Shown here: piece after piece, positions 32,165-43,300 of the stretch
Layout of the letters: each line of letters starts with the position of its first letter
How positions within the stretch are numbered: position 1 is the stretch's first letter
Source of the DNA: Trypanosoma brucei
Lineage: Eukaryota
Assembly: GCA_000002445.1 (NCBI GenBank)
Contig: CP000068.1
Coordinates: 768,001 to 832,000, forward strand
DNA length: 64,000 bases
Direction of reading: 5' to 3'
Translations under genes and position numbers: made by a program
Notes under the pieces: model-generated
Seen by the model: the letters and a program-made list of their open reading frames with translations, nothing else
Told to the model about the DNA's origin: nothing
Databases searched by the model: none

Positions 32165-34062
32165 ATGAGCAGTGAGCCAACTGTTGATGAATCATCTAAG
32201 CAGCATTGTAACCAGTTAGCCGTCCCAGAGGCTGCGGTAGCGCCAACAGAACCCCAACACACCACCAATTCTCATTTAAATGACGGAAAGGAAGTAAGTG
32301 TGCAACTCGGGGAGCTTGACGAAACACCAGAACATTTACACCCTCTGGTTCATCAAATTAATACATTAAATGAGTGTGATCTCCTTCACATTGCTGAAAT
32401 AACGGAATATGTCGTCACTCGAGATGTCTATTCGAGTTTACCATGCCGAGGTGGCAGTTGGTTCCTGCCAGAGGTACGTAACGTGGAGGATAATGAACCG
32501 CAGAGGTGTCTTTCATGCATTGGTCGCGGTACAGTTTGCGTGACAATTTGTGGGCGGCGCATTATGTTTCCCATCCTGAGGATGTGTTTGTGTGCGATGA
32601 TAATTGCCCTTGTGTGGTTTACGCTCTGGAATGCGTTACCACATTCCTTGCTTGAGCCCGGTGGGTATATTTGGGATACGGCTACTATTGTAATTGTTTC
32701 TTCATTCCTCGGTGGCTTAGTATGCCGAGTATTACAGCTTCCAGCACTTGTAGGAGTTCTTTGGGTTGCCATTGCTTGGAATAATATTCCTTACGAGGGG
32801 TATCTAACATCAGGTATCGGGTTAGGTATAAAAGACATTTCTTCCAAATTTGGTCTTACTGTGATCATGGTGCGTGCCGGGTTCTCCGCCTACTTAAGTG
32901 GTATCGCTCTTCACTGGAAGCATACGCTAATGCTATCATTTATTCCTTTTGCCCTTGAAACAGTCGCGCATGCACTTATCGCCAGCGCTGTTTTCCCCTA
33001 CTACGATTTTAACTGGGCCGTTGTGCAAGGCTCAATTTGCTCTATTGTATCGCCTGCCGTAGTGGTACCCGGTGTGCTTTATTTACAAAATATGGGTTAT
33101 GGTCGTGGCTCTGGGCCCCTTTCTCTCATGGTGTCATCAGTGGGTATAGAGGTGGCAGTTGGGGTTTGGCTTGCAAGCACTTTTTTGGAGAGGATATTTT
33201 TTCAGCAAAGCCTCTTGACTTTCGGGCTTGTTGGTATTGCACAGCTTTTTGGTGGTGCGGGTCTCGGTATAATACTTGGGGTTGCCTTCTTCTACTTTGT
33301 GGAGTTATTTAAAGGCGATGTGCAACGACTTCCGAATGGTAAATTGCAGAAGAAATATCTCTTTCCCGTATTAGACCTGGTCACGTTTGTATTCCTTACA
33401 GTTGCCGCCCTTTTGGTTTTTTCGGGTATGCCGTTAGCCTTGCCGGTGGAGGTTGTATTGCATGCGTATTGTTTGCGAGCACAATGACTCATATGTGTCT
33501 GAGGAAAGGTAATCCAGAATTGGAGGCGCAAAGGAAATATATTGGTAAACGACTTGCACAAGTGTGGGACAACTTGATGATGCCCATCCTTTTCGCCATG
33601 ATGGGAGCAAAGTTAAGTACCGCATCTGTATTTAGCAGAGACTTCTTTCCAAAAGTCCTCGCATGTTTCTTTGGAAGTACGGCTGTTAGATTGGCCGCAA
33701 TATTTATTGTTCAAACTCGCTCTGGATTATCACTGCGGGAGAAACTGCTTGTTTGCGTGGGTTACTGTGGTAAAGCCTCAGCACAGGCATCACTTGGCCC
33801 CGTAGCGACCGCTTTGGTGGCTACTAAAATGGCATCACTTTCTGATGGAGAAGAACCGAGTGTTGAACTCTTGAAGATGAAAAAGTTCGCAGAAAATGTG
33901 CAGCAGGCATCCGCTACATATGTCATGTTTCTGGCAGTTGTGGCTTCTGTGGGACTCATGCGCGGTGGTTTGGCGCTGTTTCAAAAGCAAGAGAGAAGAC
34001 TTCGGGAGGGATCTGAACAGGATAGCGGAACCAGGGAGGAAGAAATGGAACAGAAGGTGTAG
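32165..34062 (+). CDS. Polytopic membrane protein, possibly a cation/proton-antiporter-like (Na+/H+ exchanger fold) transporter. The reading frame is broken by an apparent frameshift between 33343 and 33487.
   Basis: Two consecutive ORFs, 32132-33487 in frame 2 and 33469-34062 in frame 1, are both dominated by hydrophobic TM segments and look continuous in character. The second starts only at a TTG in the track. The first real ATG of the upstream part is 32165 (MSSEPT...). The family assignment is tentative; it rests on general resemblance (LPALVGVLWVAIAWN..., GLTVIMVRAGFS...), not a firm motif. Confidence 0.55.
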
Positions 34063-34721
34063 CACATTTAAAGGAGCCACAACAACTTTTAATTTTTTTT
34101 TTTGTAGGGAAGCGGAGACGGGAATTACCTTCTAGGGGAGCCGCTACGAGTGTTGCTTGTGGATGATAAAAAGTGAGTTTTGTGTTATAATTGAGGGACG
34201 TCGTTTTGTTTCAATTAAAAAAAATTCTTGAAGTTAGATGCCAAATTCAATTTGAGCATGGCAAGCGTATTTAGGATTGTTTTTTTTTTAAATTATTCTC
34301 CCTGTTTTTTTTAAAAACCAGGTATAGTGCGTATCTGTTTCTTTTCTTTTTTTAAAAAAATTTCCTCTCGAAATTATATTTAAATATTTTGTTCTCTCAA
34401 AAATACGTTGTGTATCTTCCCAACCTCTCCAGCCTTTACTGTTTTCTTTTTTTTTTTCTAAAAATTACTTCCTTTCTATGTGTATTTTGCGTCGTTTCTT
34501 TGTTTGTTTGTTTCTATTTTATTGTTTAGAGGCTACTGCGCTTACCATTGTCTTAACATCTGCGTGGTTCCCCAACGGAAAAGGGGTTTAAAGTATCTGC
34601 TAACACTATTATATGAGCGATTACTTACGACCTCTTTTTTACTTTTTTTTTTTTCCTCCCTCCCTCCCCATAATAAATATGTTGTATAATTTTTTATGAA
34701 TAAGTGGTGGTATACAAAAAA

Positions 34722-34960
34722 ACAGCAACAACAACAATAGTAACAATAACAATAACGAACAACAGCAATAAAATCATCATCATCATTATTTTTTTGTTCC
34801 CTCTCTCTCTATACGCACATCCAATCAACTGACATTTGGTGTGGAATACTTAAGTAAATACACTTTACAGTTGTGTACACCAATTAACTAAATAGCTCTC
34901 TGTTGTTATTGTTGTTGATTTATTAATAATAATAATAATTGTTGTTGTTGTTGTTGTTGT
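34722..34960. repeat. Imperfect inverted pair of trinucleotide microsatellites, (AAC/AAT)n ... (GTT/ATT)n, about 120 bp apart
   Basis: 34728-34790 is aacagcaacaacaacaatagtaacaataacaataacgaacaacagcaataa. 34905-34960 is ttgttgttattgttgttgatttattaataataataataattgttgttgttgttgttgttg. Confidence 0.7.
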
Positions 34961-35554
34961 GCGTGTCTGAATTTCTTCTTTCCTTATATTTCTCACTAGA
35001 AAGAAAAAGGAAAGGTGAGGCAACGTCATTACGAGCGAAAGAAACGTTGTTTAGATAGCATTAATAAATAAATAAATTTATTAACACGCCGCATTTACAT
35101 TGGATAGATAGCACAAGGAGAGGGGGAGGAAAAAAACAAACAAACAAACTTGTGAGGATCACGTGAGTGGTTGTGTGCCGCGTATTGTAAAGAAAAGAAG
35201 TTTTGTACACAAACGGAAATTATACACCGCGGTGCACAAGAGTGGTGATTTTACAAGAGCTGAGAGTTTAAAGAAAGAAAAAAAACGACAAAAGAAATTA
35301 GGAAGAGAAATAACAACAAAGAGGTGTACGGTAGCGGTAATACCGGCGCGCAACGATATTGGGAAGATTATATATACACACATATACACACACATATATA
35401 TATATATATAGTTTTTAGCATATAGATAAATTTATTTATATATTTCTTACACGTATACGAAGAAAAAAAAGAAGGAGATTCCTTTTTTTTTGTTCACTCA
35501 GCAAATTGCGAAAGTAGTGAGACTCATCAAGCAGAAAAGGAGGCATTGCATCCG

Positions 35555-37642
35555 ATGTCTCGACGTGTATTGTGGGAATCGGTTCGGCAGGAGGCACGTA
35601 GCAGGGTTGAAGGCGTCAATGCATCACCCATCAGCACGAATGGAATAATAGAGGCACGAGATAAAAGTGATGGTTTGATTACATACGAGGAAGGTGGAGG
35701 CGTCAGCGGCGTTGCAAACGATAATGAAGGGGGATCTCACGGTAAAATCGGGAATATGGCCACAGTGTCACAAGAGAATCGGGATACACAAAATCATGCA
35801 ACTGGTTCACACGATAGCATAATCGCCAGTTGTGATATTAGTTGCATTCCAAAAGATAAGCACGAGTTGCACGGGCCTCCTTCGCACCTTTCACGTTGTG
35901 GATCATCTCCTGAAGCTGAAGGAAATTGTTCCGCTACCGCAGACCCAACGCAGTCGCATTTAACGGATCTGGCTATTTCTGTGCTGCTGGAAACGGGAGG
36001 GGATACACATCAAGACAAGGGTTACAATACGGGGCTTGATGTAAACAACAGCCGCTTCAATAGTTCGGCTACAAACAACATACATCGAGAGCTGGCGCAG
36101 GAAAAACAAAAAAACATTGCTGCTGAGCAACGATTGCTGACGCTGGAGAAGAAAATCAGGGCCCTGCGCGAGGAGAATCAGCATTTACTACTTTCTTCCG
36201 CCACAAATGCAACTGACAGGAAGATGATGAAGGGCGCGACTTCGGCTTACGCTGAGGGTGAAGTTGTTGGCCATGGTGTGCAACGTGACTTTGCGGATGA
36301 AGTTACAGACACAGCTGGGGAAGAGCTACTAGCACTGAAGCGGCGTTGTGATGAGTTGGAGGTTCGGCTCGGTGAATTAACGGCACAGGTGCGACAGAAG
36401 GACCAAGAATTAGAGCAGAAGGAAAATCGAATAAGGCAATTAGAGCACATAATTGCCAACGATCTAATTCGCCGATCAGCGGATGTGAACAAAGAAGAGA
36501 ATACTCAAGGCAGAAGTGAGGGGGTCGGCCGCAGCTCCCCAAAAGTTGAATTTAGTGTGAAAAAAGACGTACCCGGGAAGAAGAACAGCTCAACCCAAGG
36601 AACAAACGGTGTAGTGAGTAGAGAATCACCAACGACAGCCGCTGCCCGCGAGACGGCTTCGTCCACAGCTGCAGCTCCACCCGGATTGAACTTAGGGGAC
36701 TTGCGTTCAGTCGAGGCTCTGCAACGACTGTTACTGTCCAGCATTGAGGCTACTAACTTATTGGTCGATAGTTCAAGAGTGTCTAAAGGAAAGGAAATGG
36801 ATACCTTATCGGTGCCCTCCTCCCTCACGCACGGGTCGTCGCATCTTGCCGAAGGGTACACGCGTGTGAGTACTTCAGATGTCAAGCAGCGTCCCCTCCG
36901 CGTAGTGAGACAAGGGGAAATAGTAAGCCATTCAGCGACCTCTAGAGCTTCATCAGCTGCAGGTGTGCGTGCGTCTCCCAGTCGCCATGGAGCGAGACAC
37001 CGCGCCTCCTCCGTCCCCGGAAGGTGCAGTGAGTCGCGTGCCTCTTCAGTGAGGGCAATTCGACAGAGAGGACCATCGAGTGATTCGCCCATGCGAGAAG
37101 CAGCGATGTTTGCGCGTATATCAAGCGCCCCCGGGTGTAGCAAAGCAACTTCGTCTCTCTCTTCACGTCGCCCTCCGACCCAAAAGCTTCTCAGTGGTCG
37201 CATTCCGTTACGCTCCACAGAACTCTTTAGCAATGTGACCCATATGAACCGCTTCTCACAGTACCAGAATGCTCGACGAACCTCGCGCCCGGACGCATGT
37301 GCATCCGCCGCCTCGCCAAAAAGTAGCTGCTCGACGAACAAATCAAACGGCCGAGCTCCGAACGTGAAAAAATATGTTACACCTAGGGCCCGTGCTCGAC
37401 CACGAATTGGCGTCGAGGCCACAGCCAGGAGTTTAAAATGCTCACCTCCACAGAAGCCTAGTACAACGGTCATCACCCGCGTTGAAAAGCAACGTGAAAG
37501 AACTCCACCAACACCTGTTCGCCGGGCAGAATATGTGAAAGAGGTGTTATCACAAGACCCATTTGTGTCTGAAATGTTTAAAACAACTTACCGACCCAAC
37601 CGACTGGTGCGGTGCAGCAAAGAGGAAGGGGAAAGTGTATGA
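35555..37642 (+). CDS. Hypothetical protein (~695 aa) with a central coiled coil and an S/R/P-rich basic C-terminal half
   Basis: A long ORF. The track starts at a TTG at 35546; the first in-frame ATG is 35555 (MSRRVLW...). The coiled coil includes LQELAQEKQKNIAAEQRLLTLEKKIRALREENQHL. The antisense ORF 36505-37476 is treated as a shadow. Confidence 0.6.
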   Translation: MSRRVLWESVRQEARSRVEGVNASPISTNGIIEARDKSDGLITYEEGGGVSGVANDNEGGSHGKIGNMATVSQENRDTQNHATGSHDSIIASCDISCIPKDKHELHGPPSHLSRCGSSPEAEGNCSATADPTQSHLTDLAISVLLETGGDTHQDKGYNTGLDVNNSRFNSSATNNIHRELAQEKQKNIAAEQRLLTLEKKIRALREENQHLLLSSATNATDRKMMKGATSAYAEGEVVGHGVQRDFADEVTDTAGEELLALKRRCDELEVRLGELTAQVRQKDQELEQKENRIRQLEHIIANDLIRRSADVNKEENTQGRSEGVGRSSPKVEFSVKKDVPGKKNSSTQGTNGVVSRESPTTAAARETASSTAAAPPGLNLGDLRSVEALQRLLLSSIEATNLLVDSSRVSKGKEMDTLSVPSSLTHGSSHLAEGYTRVSTSDVKQRPLRVVRQGEIVSHSATSRASSAAGVRASPSRHGARHRASSVPGRCSESRASSVRAIRQRGPSSDSPMREAAMFARISSAPGCSKATSSLSSRRPPTQKLLSGRIPLRSTELFSNVTHMNRFSQYQNARRTSRPDACASAASPKSSCSTNKSNGRAPNVKKYVTPRARARPRIGVEATARSLKCSPPQKPSTTVITRVEKQRERTPPTPVRRAEYVKEVLSQDPFVSEMFKTTYRPNRLVRCSKEEGESV

Positions 37643-37947
37643 ATATGATGGTGACAGCTTCAGCTTCTTATGGTTGTATTTTTTGCGTCTTCGTGATCAG
37701 TCGTAGGTGCATTGAGGAAGCACTTTGATGGCGGTAAAAAAAAGAAAAATAATAATGTGCTGGCTTTTAGAAGTCAGGAGCGGCTGTGGCGTATTCTTTA
37801 CCATAGAACTATACTTGTTACCATAGACAGTTGGCGGTCATAACAGGGACGCTATGAGGCAAATGGAAGGGAGCGAAATGAAAAGTTTGCGAGAAGGACG
37901 GTGCAGCGGGGTGGAAACATACATACATAATATACGTATATATGTTC

Positions 37948-37969
37948 ATATATATATATATATATATAT
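37948..37969. repeat. (AT)n microsatellite
   Basis: atatatatatatatatatatat. Confidence 0.9.
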
Positions 37970-38888
37970 GAATTGGTTCGTGTGGTGAGTTCTCTACTGG
38001 GGGGCGGGGGTACAATTAGGTTGTTCGAGTGAAACTTTTTAGTTTCCTCACCCGCGGGTGAGTGATAGCCGGTTTTCATGCACTTTCTTCTTCTTATGCT
38101 TTATTACTACCACAACAATGATAATAATACGTTTGACTCCCCTTGACTCTCTGTGTCTCGTACTCAAATGCTCTTTTGTGGCTCATCCGTCTTGTTCTTG
38201 TTGTTGTTCATCCGCAGCAGAAACGGTTGGCACATATATTTGTATCAATCGTACTTGCTTTCGTTTCTGTTGCGGGAAGTGACCTATGAAGATATTGAAG
38301 GTGCATTTTTTTCTTCTGAATTGTTACAGCCAGTGCTCAGTGTGGTGACTTTAAGGACAGTATTATTTTTATTGGCGCGTTTTGACGTCGTCGGTGCTTC
38401 TTCTGTCTTAGTTTTTTTTTTTCGTTATTCTCCTTCATTTTTTTTCCTCCCTTATGCCGCTTCGTATCATTATTCTCCTTTGCACCATGTATGTTTGTTA
38501 GTTTGTTATGTTCCGTTATTCCTTATTATTCGGCGGGTTATAATGAGAACACAGTGGAGGTTGTGGAGGAGGGGATGAACCTAAAAACGGATTTAAAAAA
38601 CAAAACAAAGGGCTCCCCACGTTTTTTTTTAAAAAAATTATCGTCACGAAAGAAAATTATAATAATGTAAGTATCTTTATTTATTTATTGCTCATGTGTG
38701 CGGAGTTACATCAAATGTTGTCCGCTCCAATTGTTTAATTTCTTTGCACTACTCTCTTTATATGAGTGGGAGCGAAGGGAGCCGTTAAAAGGCGACATGG
38801 TCGCGTCCGTATAGTTCCCTTCAAGAACTCAAACGAAAAAGTTAGAAGAAAAATCAGGAGAAAAAAAAAAGGATTTGTGTTCTGTGAT

Positions 38889-38920
38889 ATGTGTGTGTGT
38901 GTGTGCGTGTGCGTGTACGT
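38889..38920. repeat. (GT)n / (GC)GT compound microsatellite
   Basis: atgtgtgtgtgtgtgtgcgtgtgcgtgtacgt. Confidence 0.85.
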
Positions 38921-40306
38921 GGGAGATTGTTGTTGTAATTTATGTGTATTCCATTTAGTAATTTTCCAAATAACCTTCGTTTTTTAATTATTATTTAATT
39001 TAAAAAAAAAAAGGGAAACGAAGGAAAACAAGGGAGAATTGACTATAACAGCGACGTAATGTGTGTTTGTGTATGGATGGGGGGAAATTCAAGTGGAGTT
39101 TTCATATTGACTTTTGTGTGCTTCAGTCGATAGTGCGTCATAAACTTACTTACAATCAACATTTTGTGATTACGTGGTATCGTCAATGCTCTGCGATTAC
39201 ATTTTCATGCAAAAGCCAATGCTTTATCTTCCCTCTATGCTTCTCATTTTGCAACAGTTTCTGGTCGTAGTATACAAATGTGAATATGTGTTTCAACTGG
39301 TTTATTGTATGAAGTGAGGGAAAAATGCAGAGCGGGTGCTACACTGTTTCGCTTCTTTATGGAAATGTGTTAGTGGTTTAATTCGTGCCGAGTAGTGGAA
39401 ACCTCCGGTGGATATTGCGCTTGACGTTGGCTGTTACACCGCTCAACCATTTTAATGAATATGTGATGTTGCTTTGTATATGTCCATTAATTTGCAGAAA
39501 AGTGGGAAAGTTAGGTCGTTTACCTCACTATGTCTATTAAAATGGCAATAAGAAGAGAGTCACAAAAAAAAAAAAAGGAGGTGCAGCGGTAGTAATGCAC
39601 AGAACTGCCATTGCGATAATTCTGCAACATCATTCATGGGTATATATATTGCAACAAATGTGTTCAGATGATAATGAAGGGGGAAAAAAAGAAAAATCGA
39701 ATTTCATGTCATTACAGAGGAAGGAAGAGGATGGACGAGGTTAATTTATTAGGGCTCAAATTTAGGATAAGTGCAGTTATTAGTTTTTTTTGTTGCTATC
39801 ATTTTCATTTATTAGACGCTGTAGTGGAAAATCTATCATATTTTTGGGAAACTCCTTAGAGTTGCCCCTTTATTCACCTGTTTGATGAAGTTGTACATCA
39901 TCTATGCCTTTTTTCCCCTCTTTTTCCCCCTCGTTTTTTGTGTTATGTTTTTGAACAAACGCCGATTTGAATGCACACCAACAGTGGAAAAGAAAAGTAG
40001 GAGGAGAGACATTTGCTCAACAAGTAGGGAATATTAAAAGAAGGAAAGGGAATACGGAAATAGGCTTAAAACAAAAAGGAGCAGTGCGCTGACACGGCGA
40101 AGAAGAATTAACAATAAAACGTTGGGGCGGTGCCGCTGCGTTTGCTGTCCAGGTGTGCCCTGCGCAAGATATTCATGCGTGTGTGTATATAATCATAAAC
40201 TGGAGGGAAGGAAGGCCACGAACGGGGGTTTTCTTGTCCGTTTTGCTTTCCCGGTTGCGTGACAGTGTGAGTGTGTGCCATTACAGCTGGGCATTAATTG
40301 TAGGAA

Positions 40307-43300
40307 ATGAATCGCAAGGGGTATAAGGCTCTTCCAAGGGAATATGATGAGGGTTTTAGTGAGGAAAGAGTTAGGCATGCATTGAACAAAGATGCTCCCA
40401 GCAAAATATATGAGGAGTTCATTGTGCAGAGGTTGCAGGAAATTATGGAAACTGCTCAGTCTGATTCGAAGAAACCTGCCACATTCGGGCGTGCAGCCGC
40501 CGCAGACGTTTTTTTGCGTCAAGATGCACCCATTACTGTAACATTTGCTATGCTGGCGACTTCGTGCGCGATGCACCCCACTACCGACGTTGTTACGTTT
40601 TCAGTGTTGTTCGCCGCGCTGTACACGTCGTGCATGGCATTGCAGGTACTTCTTTTATGGTTACGCATAACCGAAAAGAGACAGTCAGCTATTTCTGTCA
40701 TGCAAAAAGTCCTCACACGGTGGAAAAAGCGTCTCGTAGAGGGACCACCGAGGGATAAATTGGATCGCCGCACTGTGTTTCGTTTGTTTTCTTCTTTCCT
40801 TCCAGCTAGCGCCTTTCGTATTGTGGCTGTTGTGGATACAACGACGGGGCGGCTAAAGCGTACTCTGAAATGTCTTGTGATGAAAGGGGCTCTTCGACTT
40901 CAAAGGACGACGTTGAAGGTGAGTCGTCACACGGAGCCAATTGAGTTATTTAAACTCGTCGACATCGTGCGAATGATACTGAAGGGTGAAGCCGTGATGT
41001 TGAGATCACTTCCAGATATGGCTCCTCCACCCCGGCACCCAAACGTAACCGTCGACGCCAACATCAATGGTACAGGGGTAGAAGGAAATGACGAGGACAT
41101 ATCAACAGATGAGAGTGATGACGAATACGACACGCGATGTGAGGCGAATAGTGTTCATGCGCTGTCGGTACCGCAACAGATGGCTTTTCTTGTGTATCGC
41201 TTCGTTCTTCTTGCTTGGTTGCTGGGCATCGTGGCGTGTACTTTTTCTGGTTACATATATCACGTACTCACCGATATCCCGCTGAGTGACGGCGTCTTTC
41301 TGAATCCTGCTGTAGCATTACTTGGGTTACTACCTGTAAACGCAAAGTTGCTGAATAGCATCCTCGTTATGTATGCGAATGTGAACCTTGAGTGTCTATT
41401 TCGTCATCTTGTCTCTAAAACCACACACGCTGTTGATGATCGGATTCCGAGACTTCCCTTCCGGGCAACTATGCAAGCTTTCCGCCGTGCCACATCAGCT
41501 ACCTGCAGTCGACCCCCATTATGTTTTTCTTCCTCATTGGTCGAAACACTTGGAACCACAACCGTCGTGGCTCTGCTCGACACAACAGGCGTAGTGACCG
41601 ATATGGTTCCTCTTCCCACACGGTTGCTTATGCTTAAGAGTTACACAGCACCGGAAACCCCCAGTAGCACAAGCAGCACTACAACCAGCGATAGCGATAA
41701 CGACGAATTTAATGGCGCTGCTGCCTTTACAGGTCTTGATCATAGCAATGACCCGGACCCGTTCCTGAGAGCAGCGAACTTTGACCCAGAGTATCGTTTG
41801 GCGTTGAAGCGTCAAGTCCGGCAAAAGAAAACACAGAAGAGGAGGTTCCTGGAGTTGCAACTTGCACCTGGTACCGATGATGATCTTGCTGTGCAGTTTG
41901 CCGACTGCAAGGAGCGGCAAAAGTGGGAAAAGAATGTGGACTCCCTTTCACTGTGTTTGTTGATTCATGCTATGGCACCTGAGCCGACCAAATTCGAAAC
42001 GTGGCAGGAGCCGCTTAGGTTTTGTGACCAAACACCCCGGTGGGGTCCCAGCATACACTGGGTGCCGCGTGCAAGCGAATTCGATGATTCATTAGCTAAG
42101 TCATTTCGAATTGTGGCACGTATATTTCATATCAATACGGTGTCTTGGCCGGGACGCTCCAGAGAGTGCCCGGAACAGACTTGCACGCTCCTGGTGGTCG
42201 CCAGTGATGGTCTATTACACGCATTTACTGTCGGTACCGTTTGTATGGTAACTCACAGTTGCCCATTTCACTTTAACGGCTATGAAATTGAAGGGTTCGA
42301 TGAAGAGTTACGAGAGGAAGTAGTTAATACTGGCACAGTGGTGTGGAAAGACGGAAGAGGATTGGAAACCGTGGCGGCCTCGCACGCTATGCTACCGGAC
42401 AAATTTCGTTCCTGTGCAGAGGCTTTGCCGCGGGAGGACGGCTCGTACGCTGAGTTTTTGTTTTATAATGGGGTGCAGATTACCGCTGAGAACTGTCTAG
42501 CCGAACTTAAGTTGTCTCCATCGGGGGAACCGTCGACAAATGGATGTGAGGGGACAAATGAAGGGGTACCACGCGAATGTTTCCTAGGAGTGCCGACGAA
42601 CACGAATGGTTCAACGCCTGCAACCTCTGAAGCAGACGTTATAGGTGCCATCAACAGCAACGAGAGAGATGCAATCAACGAAGGGAATAGCTTCTGTTGC
42701 AGCAAGGGATTTACAGACATTCATGGAAACTCCCGCCTTTCGTTTGTTCCCACTTCTGTTGAACTACTAGGCGACCTTCTTCATGTTCTTATTAACGGCT
42801 CGCACGCCTTCTTGGGGCTTGTTGGACTTCAGGATTCCATTCGCCCCAATGTACAGAATGCGATGTCAGTTCTTGATGAAGCAGGTATCCGTTGCATGTA
42901 CTTCTGCTCTGACGGTGAAAGGCGGACCAAAAGCCTCGGAAATCGCTTGGGCCTTGAAACGGATTGGAACTGCTGCATTTCTTTGGACGAAGGAGCCAAG
43001 GACCTTGACGCTCACAGCATTCGAGCACAGCTACCAGTGGGGATAAAGTCCATTAGGCGACATATCGTACACGTAGACTCCATTCCATTGCAGGTTAATA
43101 TGTTTTCCCACGCACACAGCGCATCGACGCGTGCGATGCTTTCCATCTTGCAAGACAACCACGAGGTTGTGTCCGCCATTGGGTCGACGTTCAACCATAG
43201 CAACGTTCGGAGCTACATTCAGGCGGACTTGTCTGTTGGAGTTCTTCCGCAGAGGCGCGGAGCTGTAGAAGACAAGGAGGGACTATGCTTAGAAAATCAA

